Origin: a virus
Taxonomy: Duplodnaviria; Caudoviricetes
Length of the DNA: 64,000 nucleotides
Direction: 5' to 3' (one strand)
IMG/VR virus record: IMGVR_UViG_3300031994_000020
Position 1 is the first letter of the stretch; each line of letters opens with the position of its first letter. The translations under genes were made by a program, and so were the position numbers. The notes under the pieces were generated by a model. The model was not told the DNA's origin, searched no databases, and saw only the letters and a list, made by a program, of their open reading frames with translations. Below are positions 23,706 through 38,043 of this stretch, piece after piece.

Positions 23706-26700
23706 ATGGGTTTTACACAAGAGTTACAAGAAAGTATTATGTCAGCAATTCAAAGTGCTTCTAAAAAAGAAGTAATGAATTCTAATGCTACCTGTACATT
23801 ACAATGCGAAGTTGTCGAAGTAACAGATCCGGGTAAAAATGAGTATAAAGTAAAAATTCAGAATAATATTATTACTGCTTATGGAACTCCATCTGTGACT
23901 TATAAGCCCGGAAATTTAGTCTAGGTATTATTCCCAAATGGTAATGATTAGTCAGATCAAGACGCCATTATAGTAGGCGCAGTGACATATTCTACTGAAT
24001 TATATACAGAGAATGGTAATGATAGTTATATTAATATAAGTGAAAATTTAATAAATGGTTTGAATGAAATTGATTTATACACTTATAATTCAAGTGAACA
24101 ATCAATAGAATTAACAAATGATAATTTTGGAAGTATATTTCTTGATTACTTAAAAGATTATCAAGTATGGAAATTATCTGCTAATATAAAAACAGATATT
24201 CAACCTATGGATCAACGTGCGGCAGGTGATTATGGTATTATTTTAAAATTGCCTATTTTAAAAGACAATGGTAATAATAATTTAAGCCATGATTAGTTTG
24301 ATATAAAAATAAATGTAGATAATATTCAAGGAGATCCTTATAATTTATCTTCATATACAAATCAAGAAATTTATGTAGAGGTTCCCGCGGATTTAGTGTA
24401 GGATCCAACAGATGAAAATGGTAATAAGAGATATCCTATTTTTACTGCTTTTGTTACAGGGTTCGCTCAAAGCCCTCAAAGTGATAAAAAAGATATATTT
24501 TTAAAAGATTTTTCTTTTCAAGCGGTAGATGCTTATACAGAAAAAGTAAAATCTGGCTACTATCTTACTATTGTTTCAGATACTGGAAGATATTATGTAG
24601 GCTCCGAAGAGACAAAAACTCTTAGACCTGTTTTAAAAGTTAATGGAAAAAATAAAAAATTAAATGATTATGATTGCTATTGGTTTAGAGAAAATACTAC
24701 GATTACTCCAGGAAATAGTAAATATTCTAGTTATGGAAAAAGTGGTTAGGAGTGTTTAAATGATTATAACTCTCTTGGAGAGAATGAAGATGGAACAGAA
24801 TCTATTCAGTAGGTAACTGATAATTATGAATATAGTGTACCACAAGATAGTATATACACTTCTATGAAATTTAAATGCGTTTTAGTTGATAAAGAGGGCG
24901 CAGCAGTTGCAGAAGGATATATTGTTTTAACTAATAAATCAACAGATAGTGTTGAGTTTAATTTAAAAACTACAACAGGTTTTACTTCTTATACTAAGAA
25001 TGTAGGTAATGTATCTTTAGTAGCAAGTATTAAACCTAATAATATAATTGTTAATGATTTAATATCTACTACATAGCAAAGATTTGATAAAAATGGTAAT
25101 GCTATAGATACCGATTTTTATAATGTTGTAAGAAGTAATGATAAAAATGAAGATTAGATTGAATTTGAAATAAATTTTCCTTGTTCTTTTATAAATGAAT
25201 AGAATACTATAAAGTGTTCTTTTTAGAGAGAATTTACTAAAAGTACAGGAGAAGTTAAAAAAGAGCTTATTGGAAGTTCAGAAATTCTTATTAATACTCA
25301 AGGTAATTACACTTACAGAGTGGTGATAGAAAATGGTAATTATTTATATAAGTATGATGGTAACGGTAATTCTCCTTTTGTAGCAGATTATAGTGGCCCT
25401 GTCTCTTCTCGTGTTAAAACCATACCTACTTTAAGTTAGAAAATATATAAAGCGGATGGTACTGAATTAACAGAAGATGAATATAAATATTGTAAATGCA
25501 CATAGGTGGCTCCCGCAAATAGACAAGAGTAGAAAACTACTACCATGTTTGATTTTTATGATAATGATAAACAAAATGAAAGAGAAGGTTACTATCATAT
25601 AAATAAAAATCAACTTGATTATAAAATTGCTAACCGTTATAATGATAAAACTTTTGTTAATGATATTACTTTAGTTATTGAATATAATGGAGCTACAATA
25701 GAAGAAACTACTGATATAAGATTTCTAAAAGAAGGCGAGTCTGGTACTAATGGTTCTAAATATACAGGACTTATATTATAGAATGGTTGTACTTATGGAG
25801 AATATGAAGGTTATCTCCATAAATTTCAATTAATTTATAATAATGGAGCAGATCCGGGTTAGTATTGGGTAAATAGAGCTAATGAAGAAGGATCCATTGA
25901 AAAATTTATAGAAACTGAATTTACTGTTCAGATTTATTGCAATGGAGAATCTATTAATGATGATGATAATAATAATAGTCATATACAAAATATAACTTAG
26001 TCTCTTTTTAATGAGCGTCAAGCCAATCCTATGATTGAAATTGATAATAATGGTAAAGTAACTATTAAAGAAGGCACGACTTAGGATGGCATAAAAGACA
26101 CAATAAATATTATTCAAGCGAAAGTTGAAGTAGGACCTTCCGCAGGAGGAATTTCAAATCCGCAAGAAGTACTTTACATTTATTATCCTATTGAAATAAG
26201 TTATATTACTAGCAAATTATATAATAAATCTATTCCAAACATAGGTGGAGGATTTGATAAAGTTTTATATGCTTCTAATGATGGAACGAATCCTCAATAT
26301 AACAATGTTGATTATTTTGAATATATTAATAATATAGATGATGAAGAATATAATTCTTATAATTCATATACTTAGGATGTAATAGGAAATTTAGAATTTA
26401 AAAACTTTTATCCAACCCCTACTGAAGATGATCCTAAAAAAGTAGATGAGTCAAGAATAAAAGTTGATGCTTTGACTACAAAAGAGTCTGCTTTTGATTT
26501 TAATTATGTGAAAGTAACAATGACTAATAAGCAAACAATTGAAAATATAAGAACTAAAATAGATAATACTCAAGGACAAATTAATGATAATAAAGATATA
26601 GAAACAAAAATTTCTACTATTGAAACTAATATTATAAATTTAAAAAATTATTGGTTAAATATTAAAGATAATAATATAGAAAATTCTTTAAGAAGTAGTA

Positions 26701-29138
26701 AAGAATTTGTTAATACAAGGACTAATATGTTAAATGCTTTAAATGATGCTTTAACAGATTTATATACTTTTAATGAAGAATTTAAAAAGATTTTTCCTTC
26801 TGGTAATGAAAATATTTTTAATTATGAAGTAACCAAGGAAGAAATTGAAAATAAGAAAAATGAATTAAGAGTTTTAGGTAAAAAAGATACGCCTGCAGAG
26901 CGTCCTTTTATAAATAAATTAAACACTATTACATTTAATGCACAGCAAATTTCTAAAAAGATAGCTTATGATTTAAATATGTTAATAGATGCTTATAATG
27001 AAGATATTGAAAGATTTAATGATAATTGTAATATTTTTAATGACTTTAATGTTAAAGCAAGTTATTATGGGTAGAAAAATTTTAAGGGCGGAATGTATGA
27101 ATATTGTAATAATAATTCATAGTCAGATTCTCTTAAAGAAAGACCTGAGTACTTAAAATTACAAAATACATTAAATCAATTATTATTAAATTTGAGTAAC
27201 GATAATGATGAAGCTTTAATTTATACTTATTCAGATATTAAAGATAAAGTTTTTGATGAATTTGATAAGTTAATAGAACAATACATGGATACTCCTGCTT
27301 TAGCCCCTATTGATAAAGAAAAAAGTGATTTAGAAGAAGCAAATGTAGCTTTAAATTCTGAATTAAATTCTTATAAAAAAGAACTTGATATTGCAGAGCA
27401 TAGCTCTTCAGTTGTTCATTTAAAACCTATTATAGTTACAATGAATACTCATTCAATGAGTTATTTAAATGATTAGGATGGTAATAAATTATATACTGGA
27501 GGAGATGATGGTGAATACTTATTTGCTCCTCAAGTAGGCGCTGGTAAGAAAGAAAGTGACGGATCTTTTACAGGAATAACTATTGGTGTTAAAGCAACTG
27601 ATAAGAGTCCTAATGAAAAACAAATTGGTTTATTTGGTTTATCTAAAGGTGAGCAAAGCATCTTTTTGAGTGCGGAAGATGGACATGCTGAATTTGGTAA
27701 ATCTGGTTCAGGTCAAATAAAAATATTACCTAATGATCCAACAAATGAAATGGCTGCTATTATTGAAGGTGGTAATTATTCTACTTCTAAAAAAGAAGGT
27801 ATGCAAATAGATTTATCAAAGCCAACAATTAAGTTTGGTAGTGGTAATTTTGAAGTTAGTAAAGAAGGTTGGATAAAAGCTAAAGGCGGTGGGTCAATAG
27901 CTGATTAGACTATTGGAGATAATATTTTAAGTAGTGCAGGTGTGGAGCTTAACTCTTCAGAAAGTTCTGTATAGGTTAAATCTGCGAGAGGGAAAATATA
28001 TTCTGGTTCTCATAACGCTATAGATAATCCTAGTGTTGGCTTTTAGTTATCTAATAATGGATTATCAATTGGTTCTAAATTTAAAGCAACTGATACCGGA
28101 ACCGTTTAGGTTGGAACTGGTGCTTATAATGCTTCTTCTGAAACCGCGACTGATAATAAATGTTAGGCTATTAATGGAAATACAGATGGCTCTTATATTG
28201 GTTTTAAAACAAATAAAGCATATTTTAAACGTGATGAGCATAATGTTTTAATAGGAATTGATACTAACTCTGCAACAGGACATGCTAACTCAGGAGAGGT
28301 ATATATTGGTACTGATGGTTTTAGATTAGGCACTAATTTTGCTGTTGATTCTAATGGTGATTTATTTGGTTCTAGTGTTACTGTTACAGCCGGTCACATT
28401 GGAGATTAGAGTATTAGTAATGGAGAAATAGTAGGTGAGACTTCAAGCGGAGGCGGAACAATAACTTTAAATGCAAAAGGTTCCATAATAGCTAAAAAAG
28501 GAAAAACTACTAAATAGATAATTGATAGAGATGGTTCAGTTACTTTTACAAACGGAACTATTGCAGGGTAGACTTTAAATGAAGCATCTGGAAACATTTC
28601 TGCTAGTTTGACTGCAGGAAATATGACTTTAAGATCAGATGGCTATATCGGGGGAGGTTCCGATTATGCTTAGTATATTGATAATAAAGGTAATGCTTCT
28701 TTTAATAAAATTACTGCAAATGGAATTTTTTCAGGTTCAGCAGATGGAACTTTTTCAGGTTCAGCATCTGGTACTTTTTCAGGCTCAGCAACTGGAACTT
28801 TAACTGGAAATGGAACGAATCCTTTAGGAGGAACTTGTGTTGATCAAATAAAATCTTTATCAGTAGGACAATTAACAGCTCAAGGAGTTTTGGTTGGCGC
28901 TGCTGGAAGTACACACGCTATTACAATGAAAAATGGAAAAATATCAGCAGATAGTATTGATGTTGATAGTATCATAGCGGCCATTGGTAAATTAGAATAT
29001 CTTGAAGTAAGAGGTTTACGAGTAGGATCAACATCATCTACAGGAAGTTTTTATTTTAATGGTTATAATGTATCTAGAAGTGAAAAGGCATCTACTAGTT
29101 ATACTCATGTACTTTCAACACTAGCGAGTCCAGGATAA
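23706..29138 (+). CDS. Large tail tip/central fibre protein (about 1810 aa; about 29 TAG)
   Basis: 8 fragments in one frame. Coiled-coil segment, then C-terminal beta-helix-like repeats (GSIAD[TAG]TI, GHIGD[TAG]SI, GTIAG[TAG]TL). Confidence 0.75.
28722..28800 (+). repeat. 24-bp coding tandem repeat (GxFSGSAx, 3 copies)
   Basis: TTTTCAGGYTCAGCA recurs every 24 nt. Confidence 0.7.
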
Positions 29139-29171
29139 TAAATTAATGCATAATAAAAAGGAGATAAAAGG

Positions 29172-29348
29172 ATGGAAGAATTAAAACAACAATTACTTGA
29201 TATTTGTAACGCTAGCGGACTCCCGCTTGAGGCGATTTTATTCGTGACCAAGGATCTGTATCGCGATGTTGAGGACACACTCCGCCGCGTCAAAACAGGT
29301 CTTTTAGTAAAAGATAATAATGAAGAAGAAAAGGAGACAGAAGAATGA
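29172..29348 (+). CDS. Small hypothetical protein (58 aa)
   Basis: AAGGAG RBS, MEELKQQLLDICNASGLP..., ATGA overlap with the next gene. Confidence 0.6.
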   Translation: MEELKQQLLDICNASGLPLEAILFVTKDLYRDVEDTLRRVKTGLLVKDNNEEEKETEE

Positions 29349-29638
29349 CTATAACATTATTTTTAACACTCGTGACTATTTTGTCAATTATAAGTTCTGC
29401 AATAACCGAAGCAATAAAGAAAGTATTTGGTGATCAGCAGCCTACATTAGTAGACTTAGTTCTTTCTGTTGTTACCGGAATAGGAGGAGGGTTTGCTGCA
29501 TATATTCTTATGGGAATTAATTTTACTCCCACAACAATTATATGTTTAATACTTTTACCGCTTGCTATCTGGTTATGTTCTACCCTTGGTTACGATAAAG
29601 TAAAAGAAATTATAGAACAGATAGGTATGAAATCATAA
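29345..29638 (+). CDS. Holin-like membrane protein
   Basis: 97 aa with three hydrophobic segments and a GYDKVKE tail. Confidence 0.6.
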   Translation: MTITLFLTLVTILSIISSAITEAIKKVFGDQQPTLVDLVLSVVTGIGGGFAAYILMGINFTPTTIICLILLPLAIWLCSTLGYDKVKEIIEQIGMKS

Positions 29639-29645
29639 TTTAATT

Positions 29646-29676
29646 TGGGTTGGCTTTGTGCCAACCCATTTTTTTT
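29646..29676 (+). terminator. Rho-independent terminator
   Basis: TGGGTTGGC/GCCAACCCA plus T tract. Confidence 0.8.
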
Positions 29677-29755
29677 GGTCTAAAGTCTTTTATTCTCTTT
29701 GCTTAAAAATTATATATATAGAATAAGGAAATCCACTTTTAAGGAGGATGAAAGG

Positions 29756-30250
29756 ATGTTAGATTTATTAGCGAGTTTTTCTGTTTCGCAGATACTCTCT
29801 TTTTCTATATTAGGAGTGCTTGCTTTAAAAGGTTTTTTAGATATAATAGATTTTTTTAAAGGTAAGTATCAAGAAAAATTTAATAGTGATTATAAGAAGC
29901 TTAAAAATCAAGAGGACATTGATGAACAGCTTCAATTGGCAAAAGATAACCATGAAGAAATATTAAAAATATGCAAAGCTTTTGATGATAAACTAGATAC
30001 CGTTGTTGGCTCAGTTGATGAATTAAAAAGCATTGTTGATGAATTAACTCAATCTGATATGCACGATATAAAACAATATATAGTTCGTGAATATCATTAT
30101 TTTGCAGAAGAAAGAAAATGGATAGATGATTATAGTTTGGATTGTATTTTAATTAGATACAATGATTATAAGAAAGAAGGCGGAAATTCTTATATAGATA
30201 CGCTAGTAGAAGAATTAAAAAAATTACCTAAATGTCCGCCTAAAAATTGA
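29756..30250 (+). CDS. Holin-associated membrane protein (N-terminal TM, coiled coil)
   Basis: AAGGAGG RBS; C-terminal Y..Y..EGGNSYI...LP motif common in Firmicutes phage lysis regions. Confidence 0.5.
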   Translation: MLDLLASFSVSQILSFSILGVLALKGFLDIIDFFKGKYQEKFNSDYKKLKNQEDIDEQLQLAKDNHEEILKICKAFDDKLDTVVGSVDELKSIVDELTQSDMHDIKQYIVREYHYFAEERKWIDDYSLDCILIRYNDYKKEGGNSYIDTLVEELKKLPKCPPKN

Positions 30251-30279
30251 TTAATTTGAGATAAAAGGAGGGCTTTGAA

Positions 30280-32988
30280 ATGGCGTCAAATGTGTTATAT
30301 CCTCCGATTCTTGATAGTTATATGCCGGCCTTCCGCGCCTCTGATGGAGAATGTAGAATATATTTTTCTTTATCAAAATATAACTCTCAATCGGATTTTA
30401 AAAACCTTCATGTTTCTATTGTTAAACAAAAGAATAATGCAAGAGTTGTGAATAATAAAAAGAATGATGGTGGAGAAGGAAGATATAGAAGTACTGGTAT
30501 TATTTTAAATGTAAATTATAATCGAGATTATTCCCAAAGTAATCTATATTATTTTACTCTTAAAAATGATGATTTATTATCTGGTTTTGAAGTAGGTGAA
30601 ATTTATAAGGTACAAGTAAGATTATCTGGTGCAACTTATAATGGAGCGCAAACAACAGAAGGTCAGTCATCTTAGTTAAATAAAAATGCTTCTTTATTTT
30701 CAGAGTAGTCTACTGTTTGTATTATAAAAGCAATAGGTGATATGAATGTTAAAGTTGGCATTTTAAATAATGGAAATCCTATTAATAATGAAAGTAATTC
30801 TACTATTGAAACTGCTACATTATCTTATAGTACGTTAGATATTTTTGGGAGTGTTAAATTTGTAAAAGGGGGATTAAAAGCAGAAGATAATGAAATATTA
30901 TATATGTATAATATTAAATTATTTGATGTTTTAGAAAATAAATATGTAGAAGAAAGCGGCAAACAATATGCTGGTGAAGTGCTAAATATAAATGAATTTA
31001 GGTATATTTTTAAAACAGAATTAAAAGATACCAAAGAATATAGATTAGATTTTTATTTTACTACTAATAATTATTATGAGTATTCTTGTAGTTATAATTT
31101 TGTTGTTGAATTAGACACAGCAGAAAAATGTAGTATAGAAATCAAAACAGTTGAAAGTGATAATCTTAATATTTTAGATTCTACAATTTCATTAGAACAG
31201 GAAGAGGGGAGAATAGGTTTAAAACTTGTTGGAGAGAATCCGGTATCTACAAATATATGTATTAGACGTTCTGACTCTAAAAGTAATTTTTCTATTTAGG
31301 AAGATATAAAAATATTTCCTATTATATCAACAATTCCTAGTAGCATACCTATAATATAGGATTATACTATTGAAAGTGGAGTATTTTATAAATATGGTGT
31401 TCAAACAATAAATGAAAGTAATGAAAGAAGCGAATTAAATATTAATACTATTCCTGCTATGAGAGATTTTGAATACTCTTATCTTTTAGGAGAAGATAAT
31501 AAGCAGTTAAAGTTAAAATATAATAATATAATGAATAGTTATAAAATACAACTTATGGAAAGTAAAATAGATCCTATAGGAGGCGCATATCCTATTATTA
31601 CTCGTAATGCAGCATTAAATTATAGGATCTTTCCTATTGTTGGTACTATTTCATTTTCAATGGATGAAAATCATTTGTTCTGTGATAGATCTATTCTTTA
31701 TGAAAATGGAGGCGAAGATTTATAGATTAAGCCAAGAAAATTTAAGCCTACGGGAGATGATCAGCATAGTGAAAATACAGATATTGACTCTCCTAAATTT
31801 TCAGAAGAATATGAAAATAAACCAACATATCAAGGTAGCGTTACAAAAGATATTCAAGAACAATATGATTATATATATGAAAGAGCTTTTAGAGAAAAAG
31901 TTTTAGAGTTTTTACATGATGGTAAACCTAAATTATTTAAATCTCCAACAGAAGGAAATATAATAGTTAGATTAACAGATATTAATTGTACTCCTAACAA
32001 AACATTAGATAGAATGATTTATGATTTTACATCTAATGGCAATGAAATTGCAGAAGCTACTTTAGAAAATTATATTAAATATAATTTTTTAACAATAGGA
32101 GAAATTAATACTAATTTAAGTAAAGAAGAAGTTAAAATAGGTCAAGTTTCTGCTACTTTTGAAATGGGGAAAAATATTCTTCGAAGCATTTATGATAAAT
32201 ATGATGGCCATGGAGAAAATATCGGTGGTCAATTAAGAACTTTATTAAAAGTGTATAATGTAAGAATAACAATTGAAGATATTCCATTAAGGTATAATAA
32301 TTTAATAGGTAATAAAATTCTTTTAAATGGAGAGTCTGAAATAGCTATTTTAGCTCCTCAAAGAATATTTGATTTAGATTCAAGAATATTTTTTGATAGT
32401 GATGATTGTAGTGTTTTGGAAGGAAATACAGGAATTTCTTTTATAGATGGAGAAGATGATAGACCAGAAGGTACAATAGGGACTGTGAAAGCAGTTATTG
32501 ACTTTCTTTATGAGTTAGAGGAAAAGCCTTAGACAGGAAAGAAAATCTTATCTAAAAAGAGTAAAAAAGGAATGGGGCAGTTATTTGGGCATTATTCTTC
32601 AGGATATTCTATTTCAGGAGAAATTTCTAGAAGATATTATTTTGAATCGGATAATATGTTTAGAAGATTAAATGCTATACACTCTATTGAAATTCAAGGT
32701 TCTCCGGGGTTGGTTTTTTCTATTAAAGATGACAAAGATCCAAGTGGTCTTGAACCAGAACATTATTGGCATGAAATAAATGATACTGGAATATTGGTTT
32801 TTTATGAAATTGAAGATATTAAAGAAATAAAATTTTATGGAATTAGAAATAAACTAACAGGGGCAGTTGATACTATAAAAGAAGGTACTACTGAGCCTGT
32901 TTCTGCAGATATGTGTATTACATATTAGTATAATTCTGTAAGCGGTAGATATGATACTTCATCAAGAGAAAAAGGAGAAAGTGAATGA
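30280..32988 (+). CDS. Baseplate/distal-tail-like protein (902 aa; multiple TAG)
   Basis: 5 fragments in one frame; FSE[TAG]STVC, GKPKLFKSPTEGN; ends in ATGA overlap with 32985. Confidence 0.7.
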
Positions 32989-35105
32989 ATAATTTAAGCT
33001 ACTTAAAAGATAAAGATTTTTTAAGGAAGCTGGATAATGATAATAATAAGTTTTATTGGGTTAAGATAGAAGTTCTAGATGCGGAAGAGCGTACTATCAG
33101 TGCGATTCAAGGTAAAGTTCAAAGCGGATCATCAATCAATATTGATGGTAACTCTTCTGTAAGAAGAACTTGTAATATATCTTTTATAGCAGAAGAGGCT
33201 GAAAACGATTTAACTAATGTAGATAATTTATTATCAGTAAATAAAAAAATAAGAATTATGGAAGGTATTGAGAATACTATAAATGAGAATTACGATCCCA
33301 TAATCTGGTTCCCGCAAGGGATATATGTAATTGTTCAGCCTAGTATAAATCATTCTTCTAATGGTTGTATAATTAATTTAAGTTGTAAAGATAAAATGTG
33401 TTTATTAAATGGAGAATGTGGAGGTAATTTACCTACCTCAATAACTTTTGATAGTTATGACCAAATTATTGGTGAGGTTGTATGTCAAGGACATCCCGCA
33501 AATGACTCTACAATAATTCCTAATAATTATACAATATATTATGATAAAACAAATAATATTTATTATTCTTAGACCAAAGAGTCTGGATAGAAAAAGGAAA
33601 AGAATGGTTCTGCTATAGGTACAAGAGTTTCAGTAAAACAAAGAATTTATGATATTATCCGGACTCTTGTTTGTAATTATGGTGGAGAGTCTTTAAGCAA
33701 AATTTTTATTAATGATGTTCCACTTGATTTAAAACAAATAGTAAGATAGACAGGTTCAGAACCTTTATATTATAAAACAGAAGGTAGTGTATATACTACA
33801 GACGAATCAAAGAAAATAAATGATGAATAGATTACTTTTGAATATGGTGATGATATTGGATATGTATATACTGATTTTACATATCCTGGTTCTCTTGTAT
33901 CTAGTATAGGAGAAAATGTTTGTAGTGTATTAGATAAAATAAAAGCTACTTTGGGTAATTATGAATATTTTTATGATACAGAAGGTAATTTTTATTTTCA
34001 ACAAATTAGAAATTATCTTAATAATTCTTATGATCCTGTAAATACATTTAGATTAGATAATCATGGGAAAATAAGAAAAGTAGAAACCACATCTAATGGA
34101 TTGTGTATTTTAGATAATTTAAATTATGAAGTTGATTTTCATAATGGAAATAAAACTGTTTATTCTTTTGTTGAAGGTAGTGGGTTAATTACTTCTTATA
34201 ATAATAATCCATCTTATACTAATTTAAAGAATGATTATCATATATAGGGTAAAACTAGTGATGGTTATGCCATTCATTATCATTTAGCTATAAAAGAGAA
34301 ACCTTTAGAAAGTGATTTTAAAACTTATAATGTTATATTTTTGAAAAATAATAAAGGAGAATCTGCGGGTATTAGATTAGCTAATGATGATGAGGCAGGA
34401 GCAATATCTTATAAACCATCAGATTAGCGAGCTGAATTATATTTAAGAGGTCTTACTAAATAGAAAAATCAAATTAGACCTGATGTATATGAACAAGAAC
34501 TTCTTGATTTATTTGATAGTATATATGATTTTCAAGTAGAACAAAAAGATAAAGATAATAATATAATATATGGTGCATTTAAAACTGATATGGCATATAA
34601 TCCAAATGCTTTAAAATATTTTTTTGATTACCTTGAACCTATTGATAAAATGGCGGATTGTTCTGTTGATTTAATAGGAACAAGAATACAGTCTTATCAA
34701 CAAGATAAAATAAGAAAATTATATAATACAGATATCCCTAATGTTATTATAATAGACATGGGAATGGATAGTAAATCAAGAACTGAGCTTTAGAATAGAT
34801 GCGATGCGGAAGGTCAACCTAGAGCCAATGTTACTTCAGAGATATATTCTAAAATAGCAATAGGTACAATAGGATATACCGCACAGGAGACAATGAGAGA
34901 CTTGCTTTATCAACATACTAATTATAATGAAAGTATTTCTATTCAAAGTATTCCTATATATTATTTAGATGTTAATAATAGAATTTCTGTTTATGATAAA
35001 AAGTCAGGTATTTATGGAGATTATATTATAAAATCTATTTCATTGCCTTTAAATGCAGAAGGTACTATGAGTATTTCTGCGATAAAGGCTTTAGATAGAA
35101 TATGA
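32985..35105 (+). CDS. Baseplate hub/tail protein (706 aa; multiple TAG)
   Basis: 4 fragments in frame; INIDGNSSVRRTCN, DKMCLLNG, YEYFYDTEGNFYFQ, KNDYHI[TAG]G, IPIYYLDVNNRI. Confidence 0.7.
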
Positions 35106-35127
35106 GAGATAAAGGAGGTAATTAAAA

Positions 35128-35991
35128 GTGAGTTTTTATTTAAAGCAATATTATAAAGAAGCAGAAGATGATGAAAATACTTATATGACATATATAGGTA
35201 ACACTGGAGTAGCAACAATAATACAAAGAGATCAGACTGAAGATCCTTATGGAGGATTATTCCCTAATCCTTGCGTAAGATTAACTGGAGAAACTTTTAG
35301 TACAGATCAAACATATTATTTTCATGGGAAAATATATAGATTAGCAAATCCTCAAGAATTTACTGTAAAATTAGCTAATTATGAAAATTATAGACATTCA
35401 AGTGTTTCTAACTATGCAAACCAATATCTTAGAATTTATAATATAAATCCTTTTAAAAGCACTGATAATATTAATGATAAATAGTATGATATTGAATTTA
35501 TTTTTACTCCTGTAGCAGATGGCTATGATACAATTGTTTTTGAATTAACAAGAAGTACTGAAGATTTAGATCCTAGCCAAACTAGAGTTCCTATTATTGG
35601 ATATGAGGAATTAAGTCTTATTAATAATTCAAAAGCAACCATAGTTGATTCAGCAGCTACTTCTATAGTTAAATTAGGAATTCAAGCACGCCCTAGTTTT
35701 ATAATATGTTTAAATGGAGAAGGAATTCGTGTTCCTTATAGTGGAATTTAGGAATTAAGAGAAGGAAGTGTTCCTATAGATTTTATTTCATTAGTAGCTC
35801 CCGCACAAGAAAAAGTAGATGCCACCACAGGAAAGTCAGCTATGGATTTATAGATGGAAGATGTAGAAAAAAAAGTTGAAGGTGTAGGTAGTAATTGCTT
35901 TTTTAATGTAAATGTAGGATTTTACCCTAAAACAAGACCTATGAGTGCTGTTGCTATTGATTATTTATATACAAATGAACAAAAACAATAA
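35128..35991 (+). CDS. Baseplate-region structural protein (3 TAG)
   Basis: AAGGAGG RBS and GTG start; reads through TAG to TAA 35989, just before the next RBS. Confidence 0.65.
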
Positions 35992-36011
35992 GGAAGTGGA
36001 GGTTAATAAAT

Positions 36012-37934
36012 ATGGAAAGTTTTTATGGCGGAAGACCTGGCGCTTCCTTTGTAATTGTTAAACAATATGATGGAATAAATATTCCAGATAAAAGTTTAAA
36101 TAAATATAAATATTTTGCAGTTGATGCAGATGAAGTACCTTATTCAAGAACAGTAGGTTCTGGGAATCATGAATTAATAGAAAGAACTGGAGAAAATTAT
36201 AATCTTGATGTATTATAGAAAGCGTTACCTCTAAATGGAGCTACAATAGAAGAAACTATAGATATAGCAGATCCAAGTCAAAGTTATCGAGTATCAGTTC
36301 CTTTAGAATATCAAGAAGGTATGGTTCAAGATTTTTCAAGAGGGGCTGAAACAACAGGTAAAGTTAATTATGGTGAATATGTTATAATTGACACTTTTGA
36401 TAAAAATAACCCGGACAATGGTAAAGTTTTCCGCAGAGGTATAAATACAGGAGATCTTGGCGGGGCAGAATATATTGGTCAAATAGTTGGTCCTCAAGGT
36501 GGAGTATCAGATATAGATTTAGTTCAATAGGATGATGTCCCTGAAGGCGCGGAAAGTGGATATTAGAGTGCATCTCAGGATAAACATAGTCTTATTCCAG
36601 GTTAGGATGGAACAAATTATAATGATAAAATTTATTATAAATATAAAGATTTTAAAGATAATAATGGTGTTATAAGTACTTTTAAAGTAGGATTTCAAAT
36701 CCCTTATTTAGTACATGAATTTACAGGTGCTATAAGAAGTCCTTATAACAATGGAGTTCCAATTGATGACACTTTTAATTTAATAGAAAAGATTGAAGAA
36801 GAAGAAGAGCATCCTTTTTATCAGGGCTTTAAAATTAATGTTCCTCAAGGTTTTAAAGGCGATACTCCAAGTAATTTTGAAATTTTCCCTACTGCTGTTA
36901 ATGAAGCTCCTTATTAGAATAATGTACAATTAAGCGGCCCTGCTTCTGGAATTATCACTGGACTTATAAAAATAGATACTTATTATGATACTAAAACAGA
37001 ATATTCATCTGCCGCAATTGTAGGTTCTCTTGAAGAAGGAAGTCCTATATTAGGTTATGTGTCATTAAATCAACCAGAAGATAATAAATATTTGTATGAA
37101 TATCATTTAGGATGTTTATTAACTAGATATGATGAACATGAAGCGGGAGATTCTAAATAGATTGATTTAGGACCTTATAGAGATATTGATAGCGTTAATA
37201 TAAGCGCGGCAGGTGTAATTACAGTTAACTACACATGCGGAAGCCCGCAGACGCTTGATACTGTTATTGAATATCCTATTTCATTAACTGTTGGACCTGA
37301 TGGTTCAATGACAACTTTATTTAATACTGGAAAATCTACTACTGTTACTAAATTAGTTAAATAGTTAACTAACATAACAATTGAAAATAGTAGTCCTGAA
37401 GGAGTAGGTAATGATTATTTTAAAGCCTATTATAATGATGGTAGCAGTCAATATATTCAAAAGGCAACTGAAAATTATCCTATAAATTTTATTGATAAAG
37501 CTGCTGTTAATAGTAGTAATGGTCAGTTATTAGTTCGTTATACAAATCCCGCAAGTCGTGGTACGGTGCAATATGAAAATTATAATGACTAGAAAGAAGT
37601 AGGATTAGTAAAGGGGGACCCAGGTGGAGTCAGAATAGCTAAACAAGCTTCTAGTTATAGAGAATTAATTGATCCTTTGACAGGTAAGGGAATCGCGCCT
37701 GAGAATTTTAGTACTCCTCCAGATTACAGTCGCGTTGGATGGTGTGCTACAGTTGAGAACCCTGGTTCAACAAATCCCGCACTTTATTGGTATGATTATA
37801 ATGATTCAACTTGGCGTATTCTTGCTTCGGTGGTTTCATCAACCGCAAATCCTGTAACAATTATAGGTTTTGATTATAACGCTTTGGCAGTTAATGGTGT
37901 TCAACTTATTGCTTCTCAAAGAAAATCTGTATAA
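36012..37934 (+). CDS. Baseplate/tail-fibre base protein (640 aa; multiple TAG)
   Basis: Fragments 36012, 36321 and 37677 are in frame; GQIVGPQG; terminator follows. Confidence 0.65.
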
Positions 37935-37940
37935 TAATTT

Positions 37941-37970
37941 TTGACCCATTCTTTTGAATGGGTCAATTTT
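37941..37970 (+). terminator. Terminator hairpin overlapping a late-promoter motif
   Basis: TTGACCCATTC-TTTT-GAATGGGTCAA plus TTTT. Confidence 0.75.
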
Positions 37971-38043
37971 CTTTTATTTAATATTAATAAAAATTATATT
38001 ATATGATAAGATATTTTGGAGAAAAAGGAGGTATAAAATGTGA

